Sequence record: NC_027399.1
DNA: 64,000 nucleotides
Strand: one strand, 5' to 3'
In this document: piece by piece, positions 56,315-64,000 of the stretch
How positions within the stretch are numbered: the first letter of the stretch is position 1
How the letters are laid out: each line of letters begins with the position of its first letter
Position numbers and translations under genes: made by a program
The notes under the pieces: model-generated
Databases searched by the model: none
What the model saw: the letters and a program-made list of their open reading frames with translations, nothing else
Told to the model about the DNA's origin: nothing

Positions 56315-59305
56315 ATGTCTTTAAGTAATTTAAGCTCAAGTAACAGTAATGGGGCATTTCTTGATTATGGAGAATTCAGAAGTGGTGTTTACATCCAAAC
56401 ATCAAATCAGATTTTATACTTCACTGATGAAAATGGAAATAAAGTAGGTTATCAGTGGAAGGGACTTTTGCCTCACACAACAACAACAAATGATCCAAGC
56501 ACGGATGGTGGTATTTCGGATACTGCTTGGTGTAGTATTGTTGGCAGTGGATTTATTGAAAAATTATCAAAAGAGGGGATTGATTTAAGTTGGAAAGCAC
56601 ACTTACCAACAGTTGAAGTTTCTTACAATTTACCGCATAAATCACTAAAAATATGGGAAGAAGGTACGAATAGTACTGATAATGATTATTGGTTATACCC
56701 AGGTGATGGTACCGTGTGGAATGGGATTGGTGTTCTTGGTGATATACCAGATGCACCTTTTAAGCAAATTGTACCACAAAATAATGTAATAGAATGGAGT
56801 GCAATTGCAACAGAAGGACAAAACCAATTTACTGTACCGTATGAATTCACAAATATATCAGTTTTTATTAATGGATTATTACAGAATAAAAGTACTGGTG
56901 GATATGTAGTTAATGGTAGTACTGTTACATTAAATGGTTCATTAAAAGCTGGTGATGACATTCACGTAGTAATATCAAATATCCCTATTAAAAATATAAA
57001 TTATATTACTGATGTTGAATTATCACAACCCGATGCAGCACAAAAAATTGGATTATTGCATGGTGGAAATATACAAAATTTACAAAATTTTCTTTCTTTT
57101 GATATGTTTAATATTGATAAAACTGGTTCAACTGATGTAACTAGTCAAATAAATAATATTTTTTCATTAGCAAATCAATTAAATATTCCAATAAAACAAC
57201 ATGATGGTACATATTTAGTTTCTGGCTCCACTATATTTACAATAAACACGGATTGTGATCTATCCGGCGTAACAATTTTACCATCTTCTAATTTTACTGG
57301 ATATTTTCTATATACACAAAATGAACAGCCAACAACATATAATTCATCTTCATCATTGGTCACTTTAATAAATTCAGCAACAATTAATGCAAATGATTCA
57401 ATATTATATGGATTAATAAATGATACCACATTGGATGGTAATGCTATTTTTATGAAAGGCAATGATCCTCTATATGTTGCTCGTGGCACAACAAAAAATT
57501 GGTGGTGTAATACGAGAATATCAAATCGAGGTAAAATGGATGATTATTTAAAATATGGGGTATCAGGTATAAATGAAGTTATTTCATTACCTATATCAAA
57601 AAAAGTAACTACAATAAAATTACCAAATTGGGATTTTATAAATCAACCTGCTAATAATGGCGTAATAAGATTTAATAATATTTCTAGATATAGAATACAC
57701 GGTGGTAGTGTTTTTAATAGGCCACTTAATGATATAAATAAAGATCCAGTTATAATTAGTATAAATTATGCATATGATATAATACTTCAAGATTTTTATG
57801 ATGAATATCCATCTTGGCCATTAGTAGGTGGCTCTATTGCTTATGCATATACTATAAATTTCAACTATATTAATCGTGTTACATTTAAAGATATTAATTC
57901 ACAAGGTTATGGTTGGGGAATTGTTGGGGGGCAACTAGCAACTAATATTACATATCTTCGTTGTAATATTAATAGAGTTGATATGCATGATCCATTTATG
58001 GGGTATTTAAAAATTTTAGACTGTGATTTGGGATATTATGGCGTATCTGCAACTGGTATGGGAGATATGTATATTGAAAGAACTACTTTTAATATTGATG
58101 ATCTAGCATTTAATGGTTGGAGAGAAGTTGATGGTATAATAAACACTAGACCGGATTTTGGTGGGTGGTTTGATGGTGGTGTATATATAAAAGATATTAC
58201 AATTATTGGAGATGCATCCAAATTTAGAGAAATTAATAATCGCGGAGTTTCTTTATTTTCAGCATATTCATATAATGCAACATTAAGTTATATTCCGAAT
58301 GGATCACCAGTCGAACCGTGGGGATTTAAAGAAATTATAGTTAATGGATTACGATGCACTAAACCTATAACAGGAAAAAGATTTTCATCACTAGTATATG
58401 CTGCTTCTGTACAAAATGTAGATTATTTTCCAAGACATGTAAAATTTAATAATTGTGATTTTAATTCTTCTGATGTTGAATGTATAGATTTACATGGATG
58501 GAAAATAACACCAGACAATTCAAGTAAAACATCAATATCAAATACTATGAATTTTAAATCAACAAATTTTATAGAATTCACTGATTGTTCATTTGTGGGG
58601 TTAGAAATTTTAAGACCATATTCTTCATATGATTATATGAATTTAGAGTTAAAACTTAATAATTGTAAATATATTGGTTCAAACATTTCTCCTATTAGTT
58701 TTTACACTGATCAAGTTGGAAATTACGAGTTTACAAACTGTGATATCAATTTTATTAGTGATACTACAAAGAGTACTTCAAGTTTATCAAATAGACAGTC
58801 ATCATTTGTAATAAATGGTGGTCAGATAAATTCTGTATCAGTACCATTTTCAATATTATATAATAGTGGTTATTCGACTCCAGTTTTAGTTAATAATACA
58901 ATTTTTAAAGGTTCATTTTCACAATCATCAGTGACTTCTATTAATTTAAATGTGGCAGAATTCGCACAATTATCAAATTGTAGATTTTATAGTAATGTGA
59001 ATAATTCTTATATATCACCAGCATTATGGCTAGGTAGTACTTCGAACTCAGCAACATCAATAACTGTTATGCGTGGAAATAAAATTAATACAGTTATAAC
59101 CAATACCACAACTGTTAGTGGTATATCCATAAAAACTGATATAATTCCATTTGGAGTTGCATCTGGACACATAAATGGGTCTTTTTATGTTGATGCTACT
59201 GGAACAACTGGAACATACCAATTGTATTTAAATTCGTTGAATTTGAAATCACAAATTGGAAAAATTGTTTCAAATGGTACAATATCAGGAATTTATTTAC
59301 AGTAA
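56315..59305 (+). CDS. Tailspike / putative capsule depolymerase with one docking-type repeat, 996 aa
   Basis: MSL-type N-terminus, AHLPTVEV module, INGLLQ repeat, DKTGSTDVT..I head motif, beta-helix. Confidence 0.87.
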   Translation: MSLSNLSSSNSNGAFLDYGEFRSGVYIQTSNQILYFTDENGNKVGYQWKGLLPHTTTTNDPSTDGGISDTAWCSIVGSGFIEKLSKEGIDLSWKAHLPTVEVSYNLPHKSLKIWEEGTNSTDNDYWLYPGDGTVWNGIGVLGDIPDAPFKQIVPQNNVIEWSAIATEGQNQFTVPYEFTNISVFINGLLQNKSTGGYVVNGSTVTLNGSLKAGDDIHVVISNIPIKNINYITDVELSQPDAAQKIGLLHGGNIQNLQNFLSFDMFNIDKTGSTDVTSQINNIFSLANQLNIPIKQHDGTYLVSGSTIFTINTDCDLSGVTILPSSNFTGYFLYTQNEQPTTYNSSSSLVTLINSATINANDSILYGLINDTTLDGNAIFMKGNDPLYVARGTTKNWWCNTRISNRGKMDDYLKYGVSGINEVISLPISKKVTTIKLPNWDFINQPANNGVIRFNNISRYRIHGGSVFNRPLNDINKDPVIISINYAYDIILQDFYDEYPSWPLVGGSIAYAYTINFNYINRVTFKDINSQGYGWGIVGGQLATNITYLRCNINRVDMHDPFMGYLKILDCDLGYYGVSATGMGDMYIERTTFNIDDLAFNGWREVDGIINTRPDFGGWFDGGVYIKDITIIGDASKFREINNRGVSLFSAYSYNATLSYIPNGSPVEPWGFKEIIVNGLRCTKPITGKRFSSLVYAASVQNVDYFPRHVKFNNCDFNSSDVECIDLHGWKITPDNSSKTSISNTMNFKSTNFIEFTDCSFVGLEILRPYSSYDYMNLELKLNNCKYIGSNISPISFYTDQVGNYEFTNCDINFISDTTKSTSSLSNRQSSFVINGGQINSVSVPFSILYNSGYSTPVLVNNTIFKGSFSQSSVTSINLNVAEFAQLSNCRFYSNVNNSYISPALWLGSTSNSATSITVMRGNKINTVITNTTTVSGISIKTDIIPFGVASGHINGSFYVDATGTTGTYQLYLNSLNLKSQIGKIVSNGTISGIYLQ

Positions 59306-59309
59306 AAAT

Positions 59310-59345
59310 AAAAGCACCTTCGGGTGCTTTTATTTTTACTAAATA
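59310..59345 (+). terminator. Terminator with a UUCG loop followed by late promoter CTAAATA
   Basis: AAAAGCACC-TTCG-GGTGCTTTT; CTAAATA 59339-45. Confidence 0.8.
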
Positions 59346-59377
59346 CATAATAAAATCTTTATAACGAGGTTTATTAA

Positions 59378-61681
59378 ATGTCATTAATTCAACTTTCACC
59401 AAGTAATGGTGATTTATTATTAATAAATTCCGGCTCATTTAGTACTGGTAAAGTTATAAGAACTAGAAATGAACTTGTTTTTTATACTGATCAATATGGT
59501 AACAGCACTGGATATCGCTGGTTAGGTAATTTACCTCACGTGATTAATGGTAATTCACCACAAACTGATGGTGGTATTTCAAGTACATCATGGGAATCTT
59601 ATATTACTTCAAATTTATATGATAAATTAAAATCAGAAAATATAACTCTATCAGGTACCGCCCATTTACCTACTGTTGAAGTTGCTTATGGACTGAAAAA
59701 AGGATCATTAAAAGTTTGGTCTGCTGGATTAGTCAGTTCATCATCACAGTACTGGTTATATACCGATGGGACTGTATGGAGTGGTGTTGGTGTGTTAGGA
59801 ACTGAACCAGATGTTCCATTCACACAAATACATCTACAACGAGATATTATAAAATATAATTATATTGTTCAAACAGATGGTGAAACACTAATTAATATAC
59901 CATATGATTTTACATCTATCGATGTTTTTATTAATGGTGTATTACAAAATTCGAATTCAGGTTCTTATAAAATTATTCAAAGTACAATTCAGTTTAGCGA
60001 CGTATTGAATAAAGGTGATAATATTCAATTCTATCTTTCTAATGTTCCAATTTCGAGTGTTCGCTTTGCTTTATCTAGTGATTTAACTAATTATGTTTTA
60101 AAATCAGACCTTTCTAATACATCAGGTGCGAATAACGTTGGGTTTTATCCAGGCGGGACTGTTCAAGATGCAATCGTATATACTACACCTGAAATGTTTG
60201 GTGCAATTGGAGATGGTATTACAGATGATACTAATGCATTACAAAATGCAATTAATTTTTCAAAAAATAAAACATTACTTTTTAGTAATGGTAAAAAATA
60301 TAGAACAAAAAATTTAATAGTACCACATCCAATGACATTTAAAGGTTTAGGTAGAAGACAAGATGGTGCTATTATTCCATACGGAAATGTTTCATCTGAA
60401 TCATTCATTCATACTGGAACATTAATATTATTAACTACTTCTAGTACAGTAACATTCTATGATCTTACAGTTGATGCAAGAGGAATAACTCTATCATTCG
60501 TTGATGGACAAAGATTAACTGGAGTTGGTGCAGCAGACAATAACAGTGGTGTATATCAATCTGGTCTTCAAATGTATAATTGTAATGTTTCTGGATTTAG
60601 TGGGAATAATTTATACGGCGGCGGGTCAAAATCATTTGGTATCCTAAAAGATTGCCAATTTGAAAGTTCGGGTAAATCATGTGTTAGAATAGATGGTGTA
60701 GATTGGAGAATTTCACATTGTGCAATTGGTAGATCATTAGAATCTTATGGTATTGAAATTCTAAATGAGAATAACTTTGTTTCTAATTGTGATTCTTATT
60801 TCAATAAACTTTCTGGTATTTTTTATCAACAACCAACTGGAATGGCTTTTATTAAATTAATAGGGAACACTATTAACAGTAATGGTCAACATGGTATTTC
60901 TTGTTCATTACCATATGCCCAGCCAGCAGGTACCGTAATTACGAACAATATTTTTTGGAATAATAGTACAGAATTGACAGGAACTTATCATAATATTGAT
61001 TTAAATTATGGTCGAGGACATATAGTTGAAAATAATGTTCATAAAGCATATCAAGCCACTGCTGGTTCTGATTCTGCGAGATGTGGTTACTGCATAAATT
61101 TGAGAAACGGGGCAACACTATCTGGATTCATTAATGATGCAATAGATCCATTATACTCATATGTTATCGATAAGATAAATGTAAATTCCCAAAATTTTGC
61201 TAACCAAAATGAAATATCAATTGGTACAGGTTTATCATTAACAAAAACCGTATCTTCAGATACATCAATAGGAATAAAACTTAATATAAATTCAGAAAGC
61301 TATGATAGAGTTCAAATAAATCCTGGTAAAATTTTATTAGGAAATGGTTCAGCAGAACCAACACATGGTATACAACAATTAGCAGCGTATCCTGGAATAA
61401 CAATGGGAGTACTAGGATTAGGTGTTGTTGGAAATTATTCTTCATCAGTTTTTCGTATAGGGACACATCGTATATGGTCTGGTGGCGATAACACACTGAG
61501 AACCAAATATGGGGCAGATCCTACATCAGCAACAGATGGAAATATATTATCAGTAAAAGTGTCAGTCCCATCTACCGCTACAAGTACTGGTATAGTTGGA
61601 CAATGGGCAGCCGATGATACATATTTATATATATGTACAGCAGCTAACACATGGAAGAGGGTATCTATAAATACTTGGTAA
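59378..61681 (+). CDS. Tailspike / putative capsule depolymerase (pectate-lyase-3-like) with one docking-type repeat, 767 aa
   Basis: TPEMFGAIGDGITDDTNALQNAI; beta-helix; MSL-type N-terminus. Confidence 0.9.
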   Translation: MSLIQLSPSNGDLLLINSGSFSTGKVIRTRNELVFYTDQYGNSTGYRWLGNLPHVINGNSPQTDGGISSTSWESYITSNLYDKLKSENITLSGTAHLPTVEVAYGLKKGSLKVWSAGLVSSSSQYWLYTDGTVWSGVGVLGTEPDVPFTQIHLQRDIIKYNYIVQTDGETLINIPYDFTSIDVFINGVLQNSNSGSYKIIQSTIQFSDVLNKGDNIQFYLSNVPISSVRFALSSDLTNYVLKSDLSNTSGANNVGFYPGGTVQDAIVYTTPEMFGAIGDGITDDTNALQNAINFSKNKTLLFSNGKKYRTKNLIVPHPMTFKGLGRRQDGAIIPYGNVSSESFIHTGTLILLTTSSTVTFYDLTVDARGITLSFVDGQRLTGVGAADNNSGVYQSGLQMYNCNVSGFSGNNLYGGGSKSFGILKDCQFESSGKSCVRIDGVDWRISHCAIGRSLESYGIEILNENNFVSNCDSYFNKLSGIFYQQPTGMAFIKLIGNTINSNGQHGISCSLPYAQPAGTVITNNIFWNNSTELTGTYHNIDLNYGRGHIVENNVHKAYQATAGSDSARCGYCINLRNGATLSGFINDAIDPLYSYVIDKINVNSQNFANQNEISIGTGLSLTKTVSSDTSIGIKLNINSESYDRVQINPGKILLGNGSAEPTHGIQQLAAYPGITMGVLGLGVVGNYSSSVFRIGTHRIWSGGDNTLRTKYGADPTSATDGNILSVKVSVPSTATSTGIVGQWAADDTYLYICTAANTWKRVSINTW

Positions 61682-61709
61682 TTAATAAAATAAATAGGAT
61701 TTATCAATT

Positions 61710-63869
61710 ATGTCATTAACTAATTTAAACTCAACAAACTCAAAAAGTATGTTGATTAATTCAGGAACATTTAGAAGTGGGGTGTATATAACCTCACCTA
61801 ATCAATTTCTATCATATACTGATAATAATGGAATGAATGCTGCATATTATTATACTGGTGTTTTGCCATATACAACTTCATCAAATACCCCAACATCAGA
61901 TAGTCCATTATGGAAAATATTATACATCGCCGATAAGTTTTCTTATCTTAAAACCGATATTGTACCAATTACAAGTGGTGGTACTGGTGCAAACACTGCA
62001 CAAAATGCAAGAACTAATTTAGGATTAGGAACTGCAAATACTCCTACATTTTCAAATATTGAATTAAGTTCTTTAACACCATATATAGATTTTCATTTTA
62101 ATAACAGTTCATCTGATTATACTACTAGGTTAATAGAGAATTCAAGCGGTGAATTAACATTAGTTGGTTCATTAAGATTGAATAACAATTTGGTGGTTAC
62201 AGGAAACACCACACTAGTAAATGCATTACCTATAGCAAGTGGTGGTACTGGTTCTAATACAGTTGCTGCCGCCAATACTGCATTTGGATTAGGAACAGGA
62301 GACAGTCCAACATTCCAAGGATTAAATATTCAATACGTTGGAAATGAACCAAGAATAAATTTGAATAATTCAGTGTTTAGATCTAATGCAGGTAATGCAC
62401 TGGTTATAAGTGCTTTACAAGGAATTTATTTAAGGCCAGCAGGTGATAATGTATCAACACCACAAATTTTATATTCAACGGCTGGTACATTGACAATGAC
62501 TGGTACTAATGTAAGTATAAGTGGTAGTTTGACACTTGGTACTGCATTGTCTATATCAAGTGGTGGTACCGGAGCAATCGATGCACCAACAGCAAGAACT
62601 AATTTAGGATTAGGAACATCAGCTACTGTAAATACTGGAACATCTGGTGCAACGATACCTTTATTAAATGCGGCAAATACATGGTCATCTACACAAACAA
62701 TACAGGGAAATCTTGCAGTAGGTACTGTTGGTACTACTTCTACTATTACCCTTGGAGGTTCTTCATTTGCACGAGATAATGGTTCAAAAGCATTAATAAT
62801 CACTTCATCCTCGGCGTCAGATGCATCACCTGCCGGAATTTATTTAAGACCAATGGGCGATACTGTAAGTACTGTACAAATTTATGGTAATTCAACTGGA
62901 TGGTCTATTAATGGAAATACGTTAGTTTCTGGTACTTTGTCCAACACCGGTGCTGCTAGTTTTCTTAATAATGTGTATACTGTGGATAGTACTGGATTTT
63001 ATTCATCTACTACAGGTAAAGTACTAGGTTCATCAACTAACCCTTGGTCAACAAATTATAGTAATTCAGTTACATCAGGTACTTCAACTGCATTATCATT
63101 AAATGGTACATCAAATAGTATAAATTTACAAATTGGAGGCACAACATTAATTCAACTTGGAACATCTGGATTTGTATCAAACAACAATGTAAGTTATCGT
63201 TCTAAAAATACTACTGGAACATCATTGGATATTTGTAAAATTGATACTAGTAATATTACACAAATTGGTAATATTACTATACCAACTAACATAAATTCTT
63301 CAGTACATCCAACAGTAAACGTGGCTGGTACTTCTTATACACTTTATAGTACTGGAAACAAACCTACGGTAAGTGCATTTAGAGCAAGTTATTTAACCAC
63401 CGCTGGTTCTGATTCTAAACAAACATTAACTGCATCTAATACACCACAGACTTTATTGGTCAATACCATAACTGCTGCATCGAGTATCATAACTGCTAAC
63501 ACCAGTACTGGAACATTCTTATCAAATGTCACACAAGGAATGATGTTATGTATAAGTGCTCAAATCATTAGAGAAGTAACTGGTGGTGGTGATGTTTATT
63601 GGATGATGTTTTTGGAAACAAGTCCTGATGGAACGACATGGACACCAGTTACAGGTTCAAATAGAATAGTTACATTAAGTTCTAGTACTACAAATGAAAT
63701 GAAACAAGTAGATTTTTCAGTAGCAATACAATCTACAGCGGGAACATATCTTAGAATTCGACATGCATGTACAGATAGTACTAAAACCGTTTCTGTAATT
63801 TCTAAAGATTCGTTATTTGCAGGTGTTCCAATTTCATCTGGTTTGATAGTAAGTTTCTTAACTATATAA
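61710..63869 (+). CDS. Tail fibre-type receptor-binding protein, 719 aa
   Basis: Three PI.SGGTG.....A.T..GLGT repeats and PYIDFH; no beta-helix signature. Confidence 0.85.
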   Translation: MSLTNLNSTNSKSMLINSGTFRSGVYITSPNQFLSYTDNNGMNAAYYYTGVLPYTTSSNTPTSDSPLWKILYIADKFSYLKTDIVPITSGGTGANTAQNARTNLGLGTANTPTFSNIELSSLTPYIDFHFNNSSSDYTTRLIENSSGELTLVGSLRLNNNLVVTGNTTLVNALPIASGGTGSNTVAAANTAFGLGTGDSPTFQGLNIQYVGNEPRINLNNSVFRSNAGNALVISALQGIYLRPAGDNVSTPQILYSTAGTLTMTGTNVSISGSLTLGTALSISSGGTGAIDAPTARTNLGLGTSATVNTGTSGATIPLLNAANTWSSTQTIQGNLAVGTVGTTSTITLGGSSFARDNGSKALIITSSSASDASPAGIYLRPMGDTVSTVQIYGNSTGWSINGNTLVSGTLSNTGAASFLNNVYTVDSTGFYSSTTGKVLGSSTNPWSTNYSNSVTSGTSTALSLNGTSNSINLQIGGTTLIQLGTSGFVSNNNVSYRSKNTTGTSLDICKIDTSNITQIGNITIPTNINSSVHPTVNVAGTSYTLYSTGNKPTVSAFRASYLTTAGSDSKQTLTASNTPQTLLVNTITAASSIITANTSTGTFLSNVTQGMMLCISAQIIREVTGGGDVYWMMFLETSPDGTTWTPVTGSNRIVTLSSSTTNEMKQVDFSVAIQSTAGTYLRIRHACTDSTKTVSVISKDSLFAGVPISSGLIVSFLTI

Positions 63870-63873
63870 TAAT

Positions 63874-63908
63874 AAAAAAAAGCCGCAATTTATGTTGCGG
63901 CTTTTTTT
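63874..63908 (+). terminator. Rho-independent terminator
   Basis: AGCCGCAA-tttatg-TTGCGGCT followed by a T run. Confidence 0.85.
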
Positions 63909-63956
63909 ACATTATGATATTATTACATCATTCTAAATCCATTTAAAAATCTTTTA

Positions 63957-63985
63957 TTGACAAAGGATCTATTTTAAGTTAAAAT
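63957..63985 (+). promoter_or_regulatory. Sigma70-type promoter for the gene beyond the window
   Basis: TTGACA-17-TAAAAT. Confidence 0.7.
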
Positions 63986-64000
63986 GCAAAAATAACTATC

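Noticed and set aside
5-62803. Numerous 60-130 aa antisense or alternate-frame ORFs (e.g. 10708..11016 -, 18259..18618 -, 21245..21484 +, 48652..49053 +, 53358..53723 +, 62426..62803 -)
   Set aside because: They lie fully within well-supported genes, lack SDs and motifs, and are typical shadow frames.
1-64000. tRNA genes or CRISPR array
   Set aside because: No cloverleaf with a GTTCRA T-loop and acceptor stem, and no regularly spaced direct repeats. The AGTACT motif is dispersed, not arrayed.

Overview
A 64-kb segment of an AT-rich (about 30% GC by eye) lytic jumbo phage. Gene content and order fit the Klebsiella RaK2/phiK64-1 group (Alcyoneusvirus); this placement rests on recalled gene sets and needs a BLAST check. 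Left part (1-38.96 kb, almost all + strand): many small apparently paralogous hypothetical genes mixed with host-takeover and nucleotide genes. These are a SpoT-like HD hydrolase, RNA ligase 1, PNK/phosphatase, Ser/Thr phosphatase, a PTH2-like protein, DNA ligase, a free-standing homing-type endonuclease, ClpP plus a second ClpP-fold protein, two deaminases, an NAD module (NadM-Nudix, NadV, divergent sirtuin, NUDT16-like Nudix), PIN-PhoH, MazG-like domains and an nrdD-grcA-DUF4326-nrdG operon. Right part (38.99-63.87 kb): ten receptor-binding proteins (nine tailspike/depolymerase-type and one fibre), mostly with their own late promoters and terminators. Most notable non-gene signals: (i) the palindrome AGTACT (extended TTCAGTACTGAA) is strongly over-represented and biases the protein sequences; (ii) a perfect FNR box lies exactly at -41.5 of the anaerobic RNR promoter; (iii) a 119-nt intergenic element folds as a multi-stem RNA; (iv) three metabolic genes share a two-hairpin leader with the SD in a loop; (v) a one-base frameshift cuts the N-terminal anchor off the 888-aa tailspike. 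No tRNA or CRISPR array was found.
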